A DNA stretch of 64,000 bases from Vicugna vicugna (taxonomy: Eukaryota). Under the pieces are notes generated by a model. The model was not told where the DNA came from. It did not search any database and worked only from the letters and a program-made list of their open reading frames with translations. Positions 46,875 through 57,830 of this stretch are shown one piece after another; the first letter of the stretch is position 1, and every line of letters starts with the position of its first letter. The stretch covers positions 62,001 through 126,000 of the forward strand of contig MU060807.1 of assembly GCA_013265495.1 (NCBI GenBank). Direction: 5' to 3'. The position numbers and the translations under genes were made by a program.

Positions 46875-46945
46875 TCACCTGCTGATTTGCTGTGTGACCT
46901 CAGGCCCCATATTCATTCTCTCTGAGACACTGTTAAAAAAGGTAA
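46875..46945 (+). mobile_element. MIR fragment
   Basis: atttgctgtgtgacctcagg...ctctctgag...tgttaaaa. Confidence 0.5.
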
Positions 46946-47125
46946 GTCCAACCCCGGCTGCTTGTGATATAACTGCTAGTTCAGAATCGGATGCCCAGGA
47001 GACACCCCTGGGCTCCCCAGGTGTCCGCAGCCGCCTCCGCCCTGCCCTCCAGGTAACTTCTAGCAGCAGGTGGAACTCCTGGCTGGCCAGGAACACGGTT
47101 TCCTACACTTAAGCATTCACTGGGG

Positions 47126-47183
47126 GTTTTTGTGGTGTTTTTGTTTTTTGGGTTTTTGTTGTTGTTGTTGTTTGGACTTTTTT
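47126..47183 (+). repeat. T/G-rich low-complexity tract with (TTG)n
   Basis: ggtttttgtggtgtttttgttttttgggtttttgttgttgttgttgtttggactttttt. Confidence 0.9.
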
Positions 47184-47894
47184 CACTGATTCTAGTTATG
47201 CTAGGAGTAGATCCGTCCATTCGTCTTGCTTGTCACGGGAAGGACAGAGTGTCTTTTAACCTGTCTGGTCCCACCCCCGGCCTGCTTGGTCAGCGCCCTG
47301 GGAGCTTTCTCCCATCCTCTCTGGCCTGGCACCCTGTTTTTGCCTGTGTTCCCGGCTGCTTTGAGCCACCCTCCTGGGCCCCGGGGTTTGCCCTGCGCCC
47401 CCAGCACAGAGCTGTGTCCCCAGGGGGTCCTCAGGAGCTCACCATGTTGACGCAGCATCCAGGACCTGATCCTGGGAAGCCAGCCGCTTCCTTCGCTGCC
47501 TTGGTCCCTGCCCTTTAAAGGCCCTCCGTGCCCTCAGCTCCCGGCGGGAGGTGTGGAGGAGGGGCAGCCCCCAGCCCCACCTTCCCAGACACCTGGGGTC
47601 TTTCCATCATTCAGCAAGGGCACTCAGCACTGCCTCTGCCAGCAGCAACCAGCTGTCCCTTTGAGGTGCCAGCCGCCTCTGACCCCCACCCAGCATGGTG
47701 TCTGGCTGTTTCCCAAAGACCTCGGCGTCTGGTAGACCTTGGGCAAACAAACAACAAACAAAAAAAGAATCCTGGGTTTGAGAAGTTTGGGAAATGACAT
47801 TAAACACATCTCTTTCCTGTAGAACTTCTTGGGGTCTTTTCTAGAACTTTCCAGAGTTCCATAGCACACACACCTTGCCGGTCCAGGGAAAACG

Positions 47895-48070
47895 GAGCCT
47901 TAACTCTCCATGCCTCTCTGAGCTGTAGGACCTCAGTCCGGTCCCTTTGAGCCAGGCTTTCCCCGTGTGCAAAACGAGGACTCTGACACTCCCAGCGCTG
48001 TCGTGAGCTTTGCAGCTAACCTAGGGGACAGAGCCAGCACGTGGCATGTGCCCAGCACACACTGGTCTGC
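47895..48070 (+). mobile_element. MIR
   Basis: gagctgtaggacctc...tttccccgtgtgcaaaacgagg...gctgtcgtgagctt...agcacgtggcatgtgcccagcaca. Confidence 0.65.
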
Positions 48071-48139
48071 GCTCCACCGCCGCTGGTCCACACGGTGTCC
48101 AGAGATGCAGGTGTGTGGCGGGCGCCACCTCGGCTTGGG

Positions 48140-48265
48140 CTCAGAGACTGGAGGCCGTGTCGCGTACGGGCTGCATGACCCCGGGCAAGTCCCGTAAAGT
48201 CCCCGAGCCTCGCTCTCCTCATCTGTGAAATGGAGACAACGGCAGCTGCCTCTCAGGTGTGGGGG
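48140..48265 (+). mobile_element. MIR
   Basis: gctgcatgaccccgggcaagtc...gagcctcgctctcctcatctgtgaaatggaga. Confidence 0.75.
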
Positions 48266-48444
48266 GGGGTGCCTGCGAAGGGAGGGGCAAGTGGGCTTGA
48301 GGAGCCACCAGGGCTGGGGGGGCTTAGCTGCCCTTGGGGAAGCCAAGACGCTCTGGGGAGGCCCCAGGTGAGCAGCCTGGGAGGGACGCGGAACTCAGGG
48401 AGGGTGGGCGGGGCGCCAGGCGGAGCTGCGCTCGGAGCCCGCCC

Positions 48445-48550
48445 GTCACTTGCCAGTAGGGGCTTATGAGACCTTTCCTTGCTTCTCTTGGCCTCAGTTT
48501 CCCCGCCGGTATTATGGGGATAACCACACCCACCTGGCCCGACGGGGATG
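48445..48550 (+). mobile_element. MIR fragment
   Basis: ttctcttggcctcagtttccccgccggtattatggggataac. Confidence 0.55.
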
Positions 48551-49129
48551 GCGAGTCAGTGGGACATCCTCACCGGACACAGGCAGTGTGACTGTCCCTT
48601 CAGTGTCGTCACTGCCGACGCCCTGTCGTGCCCAGGCTGGGTCCTGGTGCTTGAAGGTCCTGCTTCTGCCTTTCGGGAGGGTCTGCCGCTCTGACCTGGG
48701 TGTTGGGGCCGAGGCCTGGCCCTAAAGGATTGTCCCATCCCGTCCCTCCCTCGTGGGAGTCAGGAGAGCAGCTCAACCCCCTCCCCCCACGGCTGCAGAG
48801 CAGGGACCCCAGACTGTGCAGCCTCGTGGGTAGAGTCCACCGTCCTCGTCAGCAGCGGAAGATAAATGTTTTTAATTCAAGGAGCTTTTCATGAGCCAAT
48901 GAGAGGAAGTAAATCAACCTTCCAGGCCCTGGAGCCCAGAGCTGGTGTCCGATCACAGCGGGGTGGGCAGCCATTGGGCCTGAGTGGCAGCCAAGCTGGG
49001 TCACTGGACAGTAGGCGGCCTGGGGACAGGGTCACCTGGTGTGCCAGCATCCCCGGCGAGCCCTCTTCTGTGGCGAGGGCAGGCGGGGTCTGCCCGCTTG
49101 GTGGTTTCCCGTGTTCTCCCGGCCTGGGC

Positions 49130-49520
49130 TGGCTCTGAGTGTCCGGGCCGCGTGTCCATGGGAGGCCTGAGCATGGACACTGGTATGAGCATCCCCGAGG
49201 CAGGACTGTGGTGGCACATGCTGTGTGGGTGCATGGAGTACCTGGACACGGTGTGACATGGCGTGTGGATGTGCGTGAGCTCAGGAGTGAGTGTGCACGC
49301 TGTGTGACACGTGGCACACAGGTGTGCTCAGTGTACCCGTGCACCGTCTGCACGTGCGGGCAGGGAGTGGGCCTTGCACACACTCTGCCCTGTGCACCAC
49401 TGGGTGCCCGGGCGTTGGGACCCGGGTGTGTGCTGGGCATGCGTGTGCCCGACTGTGGCGGGGGTGCCAGGGCCGCGCCCCCGTCTGGGTGCGCAGGCAC
49501 GCATGTGCACATGGCTTCTG
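49130..49520 (+). repeat. Degenerate TG/CA-rich tract running into a gap
   Basis: Repeated gtgtg/gcaca/gtgca units ending at gap 49521. Confidence 0.7.
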
Positions 49521-49659
49521 NNNNNNNNNNNNNNNNNNNNNNNNNNNNNNNNNNNNNNNNNNNNNNNNNNNNNNNNNNNNNNNNNNNNNNNNNNNNNNNN
49601 NNNNNNNNNNNNNNNNNNNNNNNNNNNNNNNNNNNNNNNNNNNNNNNNNNNNNNNNNNN
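49521..49659. other. Assembly gap
   Basis: 139 N. Confidence 1.
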
Positions 49660-50124
49660 TGTGACTGGAATAAAGCAAGTGGAGCAGACCCAAAAACTTC
49701 ATTAATTAAAGAAACTCATTAATGAGGGACATTTAATCAGCTGAAGATTAGATCCACGCTTGCCTCTTCCAGGAGCCAGGCGCCGAACGGGGGACGGAGC
49801 CGGCCTGCCTCCTCCGCCCGCCCGCGGGCCAGGCCCGGCGCCAGGGCCCCAGGGAGACGAGGTGCTCCCGGGCCAGCTGTGCGCATGGCCGCGCGGAGGC
49901 CTGTTCGGGTGACCGGGTGGTGCAAGGGGCATCTGGGTCAAAGGTGCTCGACTGAGGCTGGTCTTGTCCCTGCCTGGGGACGTGCGGCCGTGTCGGGAGA
50001 CAGCGGTGGGGGCATGGCTGGATCAAGCAGGTGGAGCCCAGGGATGCTGCCAAGCCCCCTGCAGTGCACAGGATGGCCCTTCTTGCTGAGGCCGAGACAC
50101 CTGCTCCAGGCTGTATGTGTAAAC

Positions 50125-50245
50125 ACACGTGAGGGACGGCGTGAGCGCATGGCGTGTGTGTGTGTGGGCGAGCGCGAGTGTATGTGCACAGAACTGTCGT
50201 GTAAGCTGAGAGAACATGTATGTGAATGCGGGCATATGTCAGGGT
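50125..50245 (+). repeat. Degenerate TG-rich tract
   Basis: gcatggcgtgtgtgtgtgtgggcgagcgcgagtgtatgtgcac. Confidence 0.7.
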
Positions 50246-51439
50246 GAGCCCCTGGGGGCTGAGAGCCGGACATTCAGACGAGAACGCGCAGCATCTCTAA
50301 ATGAAGGGAGACTGGGTCCCCGTGAGACCTGGAGGAGGCTGGACAGGTGAGCTCAGGGGCCTGTGGCTGCGTGTGCGTCACCCAGACCACTCAGTGCCCT
50401 GGGCCCCTGGGCAGGCCCTGCTTTTAAAGTGTGTTTAGAGAATTGTCCATTCGGGGTTTAAGGCTCTGAGAGGACGGCCCCCACCTGGGACAGGCTGTTT
50501 GAGGGCACACACGACGGGTGGGCCACCTCCCCACATTCGCGGTCCTGACTGCATGGCCCGGGGAGTTCCACCGCGCTGCCCAGCACCTTCCCCGCCTCCC
50601 CCTGCCCGGGCAGCGCTAGGCCTGGCTGCCCCAGTGGACAGAGCTTGGCTGAGAGGTGGAGGCCTGGCTGCCTGGAAAGTTCGGTCACAGTGGTGCAGGG
50701 TGGGGTCTCCTCAGTGCCGGGGAGGACCCTTCCAGCGAGGCCTGTAACAGGGGCCCAGCCCTCTGCCTGGACTCCCCCGTTGGAAGCACTATTCCTGCTG
50801 TGATGAGGGGCCTTCTGAATGAATCCGTGATTCTCCACCCAGATCCCCCGGCGGGTGTTTGACTGTGGGACACACTATGTAATCTTTGTTGCCAGGAAAT
50901 TTACTTTCCTAATTAAATTTTGTGAATTTTCATATGAGTCTGCCCTTCCAGGGCTCACAGCAACTAGGAGAAAGGCGCGGTGGGAGGGAGGAGGGGACAT
51001 CTGGGACCTGAGGCTGCGGCGGGCAGACCTTGGGCTGCACCCAAGGGTGGGTCCTGCCCCCACCCGGCTCTCTCACCACCCCTACCCACCTCACATTCTG
51101 GGCACCCTGCTTAATATCCTGTTCCACTTGCCAAATGAAGACCACGGGCCATTAATAATGCTATTCCTTACTGAGTACGCAGGAAACAGATACGAGTTTG
51201 CCGCTGTGGATGCAGCGGGCTCGTCCTGCGGCTGCAGAGGTAGCTGTCCCAGACCCCCGGGGGAGGGCGGCCCTCAGGCTGCTCTCTAATATTCGTGGTT
51301 GGGATGGGTGGGTTCTCCATGGTGCCTTTCCTTCTGGGGTCCCCTTGACAGCTGCCTGTAGCTCTGTCCTCACAAGGCCCTGGAAGGAAACTTCCTCTCT
51401 GTCCCACTGGGTAGGAGCCTTGTGTCCACCATCCACTCT

Positions 51440-51780
51440 CGCAGGTCCATGAAGATGCCACATGTGCTCGCCGACTTGTAATTCACAGCAGCATCTCATT
51501 GAGCCTCGGGGAAGGATGGAGGAGGGACTAAGCAAAATAGAGATCGTGGGGAGTGGGAATAGCCAGGAAGGCTTCCCAGAGGAGGTGTTTGAGCACTTCC
51601 AGCCAGGGGTAGGGTTGGAGGAGGGAGGAGGCCTGGATCACAGATGAGAATCTCTGCACAAAGCCTGTCCATGAGCACAGCGCTGGAGCGGTGTTTTTCA
51701 CGCTGGTATCTCCAGACACAGGAGGCGCTCAGCAAACTCCGGAGGTGCTTAGCAAACAGTTGTTGACTGTTGATGAGTAG
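51440..51780. mobile_element. LINE2 fragments
   Basis: ccaggaaggcttcccagaggaggtgtttgagc (L2 minus) and gtatctccag..acaggaggcgctcagcaaa..gttgttgactg (L2 3' end plus). Confidence 0.5.
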
Positions 51781-53384
51781 GGCAGTGAAGGTACAAATTG
51801 AGTGGGAGGCACGTGGGCACTGCAGGGAGCTGGCAGGTGAGTCAGGGACCCTCCCCTCATCTCCTCCCCCTCCCTACATGCTTACCCGACATCGTCCTCT
51901 GGCTGCTCCCACCAGCCTCGCCCTCGGTAGCCTAGGGGCCTCTCAGAGCCTTTGCTCCCCGGCCCTGCAGAGCGAGGGACAGACGGCTCAGCCACCCATG
52001 CTTCACGCTGGTCCAGCCCTGGGCTCCCGTGGGCAGGGACACGAGGCCACTGTGAGCGCCTCCTCCTCCCTGAGGCAGACGGGCTCTGAGGGTGGGAAGA
52101 AGGCCTCAGGCTGCCCATCCCCCGAGCGCCCCCCAGCCCGCCTGGCCCCATCCGCACCTGCACGGCCTCAGGCGAGGTGCTCGGCCCCCAGGAGCCTCAC
52201 TGCAGTCGCCTGTGAGAGGGAGAGGCGGGTGGTGGGCTCGTCCCTGGTCACGACGCCTCCGAGCGGCTGGCACTCGCCTCCCGGCCCTTGTTTCTCTCAC
52301 TTTGCGGCTGGTCTGGTCCCAAGAGGGTCCCCAGCTTTTCCAGGCACCTCCCTGGCCTCTTGGAGCGGAGGGTGTCTGCTCGCAGTGCTCCCGACTGTCC
52401 TCGTCCCAGAGGGAGCTCGTCCCAGAGTGGGGCCAGTGAGCAGCCGGCGAAAGACGCTTGGGGGGCTTTCCCACCGCGTGGGGGCAACTGGGCAGCCCCC
52501 TCCCTCCCCCACCCCAGTGCTCTGGTGGGGAGCAGGGAGAGGAGGGTGTGGCCTCGAGGCGCTGGGCCCATCAGGTGGCAGGCCTCGCCCCACCCCCAGT
52601 TCTGCCCCCACTGGCTCCCACCTCCCTGGACAGGCGCCCTTCTCTGTTAACCACGGCCTGCCTGTCCCCAGAGGCGAGCAGCCCAGGCCTGGTGCTGGTT
52701 CTTCATGACAGCTGCACACACGTGTGGACACACATGCACACAGAGCTACAGATCCCGGCGGGACAGCACCCAGGGGATTCATGAAATGGGGTGAGGACCC
52801 ACTCATCAGGGGGCAGCGACCGGCCCCGGTTCACCCAGCTCCCCTGCTGACCCCGACCTCCCGCCCTCCTGCAGAGACCCCACCTGGGCTCGGTGCCAGT
52901 GGCTGACCGCAGCCCCCGAGGTCCCTGCCTGGCTCAGCAGCCTCGAGCTCAGCAGGGACCCCAGGAGCTGGGACCTGCTGGTGGTCTTGATTGGCAGCAC
53001 CCCCCACCCCAGCCCTGCCTTCCTGGGCCCATCCAGCAGACGCTTGGCTGCCGGCTCCTGGCTGATCTCCCCAGGCAGGACAAAGAGCGGGGTGGAGGTG
53101 AAGCTGATGGGAGAGGGGGATTTATGGGGCCACGTTATTTATGATTTGTATGCAGGGAGCTTGGAGGGAATTACGGCTTAATCGCAAAAAAACCCATCCC
53201 CTCCCCGGGGCTTTCAGCTGAGATCTGGGCCCGACTTCACGCAGGAAGGAGCTGAGTCTGGGCTGAGAGACCAGCGGCGGGCTCCGGCGGGTGGCGGGGC
53301 TCCATTCTGGGGGGGTGGGGGTGCCATCTCTCAGTCAGTAGAGCGGGAAGGCCCCTGGGGTCCACCGGGCCAAAGGTTCTTACG

Positions 53385-53515
53385 GTTTCTTGTGCCTTGA
53401 ACCCCCTTAGCATCTGATGGGGCCCATGGACCCCTCCTCAGAAAATGGCCTTAGCTGCATATAATGCGTTGGAGTACAAAAGAAACAGTTCTATTGAAGT
53501 TAACTTATTGAAAGA
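53385..53515. mobile_element. Ancient DNA-transposon relic (family not assigned)
   Basis: 'catggacccctcctcagaaaatg...tacaaaagaaacagttctattgaagt' resembles a recalled eutherian MER-type consensus. Confidence 0.35.
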
Positions 53516-55257
53516 GAGAGACATGTGAAATCGTCACCTGGGGCACCTTCACAAATGTGTGAAAGCACGAGGCCCTGGGTCCCGTCTGCTCACACCCTGG
53601 TTTTGGAGTTGGGAGGGGTATGAACTGGGTGAGGAGTGGGGGTGCGCCTCCGCGCGGTGGGACGGACTGTGCTTTCTGTTGGTGACGGGGCCTCGGGTGG
53701 TGCTCACCGCGGCCTGGGTTTGCAGCCACGTTCGTGGCGCCAGCATCTCAGCTGGAGGACAGTAAGATGGGGATGTAGGGCGCTTTTTGGTCCAAGACCA
53801 CAGGTGCCCTGAGCTCTTTGCCCACGTCGCACACATTGCACGCACAGAGCACAACCGCGTCACGGCGCAGGCGCTGAGCCAATTCCGTGCATCTCGTGCT
53901 AGAGCCACGCGGCTCTGGGCCAGCACTTCAAGGTGCAGGTGCAGAAACAGGCCGTGGGCAGGGAGACTCGAGTGCGGCAGGGGTCCGCCTACCACCAAAC
54001 CTGGGCAGAGGGCAGGGTGCCAAGGGCACCCTGTGGAGCCATGTCGGGAGACTGGCCCCGTGCTGGGGGCTCGGGGCCGGGGGGGGCCCAGGCTCATGCC
54101 CTGCATGTGCTCCCTGTGAAGAGCAGGGCCCCACGATCAAGGCCTGCCCTTTGCCAGGGTGACCTAGCCCCCCGCCCATCCTGCCCCTGGCCCCCGCCAT
54201 CCTGTGACCCCCGGCAGCCGCCAATCAGAAGGGGCGTGAGGCCCTGCTGGGAAGATGTGGGTTTCTGGACCAGAGGTGAAGGAGACCTAAAGCCGGGGAG
54301 ACCCAGGATTCTGGAGCGAAGGTTGCAGGGGCAGTGGGAAGCCAGCCCGGGCCCGCCCCTCACTGCGAACTGGAATGGCAGGAGGGTCACAGTGTCAGAC
54401 TATAAACTTGCCCTGCTCACCTCCAGGGGCCCTGCCTGGATCTCCCCAAAGTCCCTCTAGGTCTGGGGGGCAGGAGAGACACAGTGTACCCCGCGCCGTC
54501 TGGTGTATCAGGTCAGCCTGGGTACCAGGCCCCCACGGAGGAGGCGGGAGGGGGGCCCGAGAGCCAGCGGCGGCAGAACACTTGACCCCGCGGTTCCTGA
54601 CAGAAGTACCCTGGGGTGTGACGAGCCACCGACAGCCCTTATTAATAAAAGATATGAAACGGGCTGCCAGGGGACAGAGTGGATTGGATGGGGCAGGAGG
54701 AGCCGTCACTCAGGTGGGTTCTCGCGCTGGGCCTGGGAGCCTCTGTGCCTCCCTCTCAGCAAGCAGCCCGCTCCGCTGCCTTTCGTGGGGCAGCCCTGCC
54801 CCATCCTCCCCCAAGCCCCCTTCGTGCCTACCTTCCCCGTCCTCTGGTTGCCTGGAGGAGGAAGGTGAATTGGAGCCTGGCGGGGTCGGCACCCCCACTC
54901 CAGCCCCAGATCGTGCACAACCCTCCCAGCTCTGTACTGGTAACTTGAAATCGGTGGAGTGGGGTTACTTACGCCACGGAAATCTGCAGCTGCCGCAAAG
55001 CTGGGCTTTTCCCCACAGACCCCGCCCTCCCGCCACGGCAGGGAGAGGAGGGGGTGCCCAGGTCAGCCTGTTCTCTGAACCCTGGAGGAGAGGTGGGCAC
55101 GTAGGTTAGAAGGAATTCTGTGAAGCCGCCGGCACAGCCTGCTCAGCAGAGCCCTGGGGACCTGGGGAAGGGAGGTGAGGGTGTTCGGCTGCTGCTGCCC
55201 ACCCCCCCCCAGGCATTTGGACAGGAGTCCGTACCTGCCAGGCAGCGTCCGCTGATT

Positions 55258-55445
55258 CCAGGGTCAGACAGCCCTGGGTTCACATCCCAGGTCGGCCACG
55301 TCCCAGCCGTGTGCCCATGGGCCAGGGACTTCCGGTCCCGAGCTTCTCTCCTTGCGCAGAGGGTGCTGGTTCTCGGGTTGTTTGACGATTACGTGAACAA
55401 ACGCCTTTTTGTTGCTCAACACGGTGGTAGGCTTTCGAAAGCTCT
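55258..55445 (+). mobile_element. MIR
   Basis: ggtcagacagccctgggttcacatcccagg..ggccac...agccgtgtgcccatgggc. Confidence 0.7.
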
Positions 55446-57533
55446 CAGCCAAGGGCTGTCACTACCGCAGGCTATACACCTGGGGGGCTGTGTCAGGCGC
55501 TGGGGACTCGGGGGTGAGCCCTTGCCCTTGGTGGGTGCGGGGCTCATGTTCTGAGCTCCACCCTCCACTGCTGAGGTTCCCGAATGTTCAGGTGGGCTCA
55601 GGTGCTAAGGCAGTGACCTGCGCCGGGTGGCAGCCCCGCCCTGCCCTGAGGCATTTGCACCAGCAGCCCTGCTTGCAAAGACCACGCTCCAAAGTCTCTG
55701 CCTTAAAATGCTGGCCTGCAGGGACCTGCCCGCCCTGCCCGCCCCTGGGAGGACGTCTTGAAGAACTCTTGGAAGGAAGGCATGAGACTCCAGGAGGGGG
55801 AGATCTCTGCCGTGCATCCTTCTGGGGTGGCGGGCTGGAAGCGGGCAGGAAGGATCTCAAAAGGAGGCCTCCGGGACTCACCCTCCACTGGGGAGGACCT
55901 GGCCTTCCCCCGCTGTTGGTTGGCCACTTAGGAAATTCGAATGTTAGCCTGAGCTGAACACAGCGGGAAGATTAAGTGGCTGTCCCACAGAAGTCACGTC
56001 CCGCAATTCAGATTTAGCTGATGCTCTCGGGGCCTCCCCCAGGTGTCTGGTCCTGCGGCAGGGCTCTGCTGGCCAGTGCACCCCAGACACCTAGAGCCTG
56101 GGTCTGGTGGGTGCCCAGTGCTTATTCATCGAGTGGGCTCACAAACACCACTGCTGTCACCCCTGCTAGCAAACACAAGAACACCAGCCCTGCCTGGCAG
56201 AGCGGCTCCCAGAGGGAAGCGGCGTCCACGACGGCAGCAGCCATGCATCACTGGACTCTCTCCAGCAGGGCGGGCGGGGCGCTGGTGGGAGCACAGAGAT
56301 GAGAGTCACTTTGCCTGGCCGGGTCGGGTGTCACCTGCGGTCACCCCCGTCTGAGACTCGGGGATTGAAGGAGTCTCGGATTTGCCCGGGATGCAGACTC
56401 CCTGGCCTTCAGAGATTTGGGCCACAGCCTCCCACGTGCATGCCTTGGGATTGGGAGGGCAGGACCACCTTGCTTTCAGCTGGAAGTCAGAGCCATGAGA
56501 TCCCCTGGCTCAGCTGTCACTGGGGAACTTGAACCCACGTGTCCTGCCTGCGGACAGTCAGCCCCCAGGCCGGCTGCCTCCCCTTCCGAAAGTGATGCGC
56601 ACAGAACGGGGGAGGCGGAGGACAGATCAGGGATGCTCACAGGGGCCTCTCTGGACTGGCATCTTCTGGAAACTGACCCTCCTGTTCTGCTGGCCCAGTG
56701 AACTGTCACACGCCACATGAAGGCTCTGGCCTGGCCCCTGCTCCGGGCTTAGGAAGTTGACATCTATCCCTCTGTCCTGATTCCATCCATGGGAGCATGT
56801 GCGGTGACGTCCAGGGCCCAGCCCCGGGCCCTGTGTGAGGTCCTCTGTGTGAGGACCGTATCCATGCCACAAGCATAGTGCATGCCGGCAGGAAGAGGAG
56901 TGCCTCAAACCCTGGGGGCAGCTTTTCTGCTAACTCCCTGGCCCCCTCTGTGAAATGCAGCTCGTGAGACCTGCCTCAGCCGAGTTTGCAGGGGCCCGAG
57001 GGCAGGCCCTGCTGGCACGGCACGGCGCAAATGCCCTGTTCACCTCCTGTGTGTCCCTGTGCCAGGCAGAGGAGGCTCGACAGATGCTGGCGATTTGGGT
57101 AAAGATCGGTGCCGGGGGTGTGGCTGTGAGGGTGGCCGTCTGCTCCCCTCTCAGGGCAGGGGAGCCTTGTCAGGCAGGACAGCAGATCACCCTCCTGACT
57201 GTTTGGTCCTCGGGGCCCACGGTTCTGCCGTGCGCCCCTCCTCCGCCCTGTCTGGGAGCCAGCTTTGCCCAGAGGTGGTGGAGAAATGGCTGGATGCCCA
57301 GCCTTTGCCGCCAGCCTCCCTTAACTCTGCAGCCTGGCCCATGGACCAGGGGCCTGCGGCGCCCTCCCTCTGGGGGCGAGGAGTCTGAGAGGCAATTAGC
57401 CTAATTGTTGTGGAGTGGCTGTGCGCAGGGGGAAGCTCAGAGAGGGGCTGGGGGGGGCTCTGTCTTTCGCCACTTCCTCTCTTCCCTTCCCTTCCCTCCA
57501 TCACTCTGATCGCAGAGCATCCTGCCAGCACAT

Positions 57534-57535
<2 letters not shown>

Positions 57536-57572
<37 letters not shown>
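57536..57572 (+). repeat. (CA)18 microsatellite
   Basis: Direct reading. Confidence 0.98.
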
Positions 57573-57574
<2 letters not shown>

Positions 57575-57754
57575 GACCCTCACCCCAGAAGATGGGAGTC
57601 GCTGGCCGTGAGACGCAGGAATTCAGGCAGCGAATTCAGGCGGGACACCCTCACAGCCACATCCACTGGGCCGGTGATGCGGGCAGAGACACTTGGAGGG
57701 TCTTAGCTCCAGATCTTGATGGGGGGAGGGTCCCCCCGCCCAGCCCCTGCCTCC

Positions 57755-57830
57755 AGGCAGATGAGTCGCGGCCCCCTTCGGCACACCGAGAGGTCAGGCT
57801 GTGCCCAGGGTCACCCAGACGTGGCGGCGT
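57755..57830 (-). mobile_element. MIR fragment
   Basis: ccgagaggtcaggctgtgcccagggtcacccag. Confidence 0.5.

Noticed and set aside
47126-47183. T/G tract as the poly-A tail of a minus-strand retroposon
   Set aside because: No recognisable element body or TSD adjacent
12464-52581. One-mismatch CTCF-like motifs at 12464, about 38774 and 52568
   Set aside because: Such matches are frequent by chance in GC-rich sequence; not supportable without ChIP data
51770-52708. 312-aa ATG ORF
   Set aside because: Starts at the end of an L2 fragment, Pro/Ser/Gly-rich with no domain, with a similarly long antisense ORF
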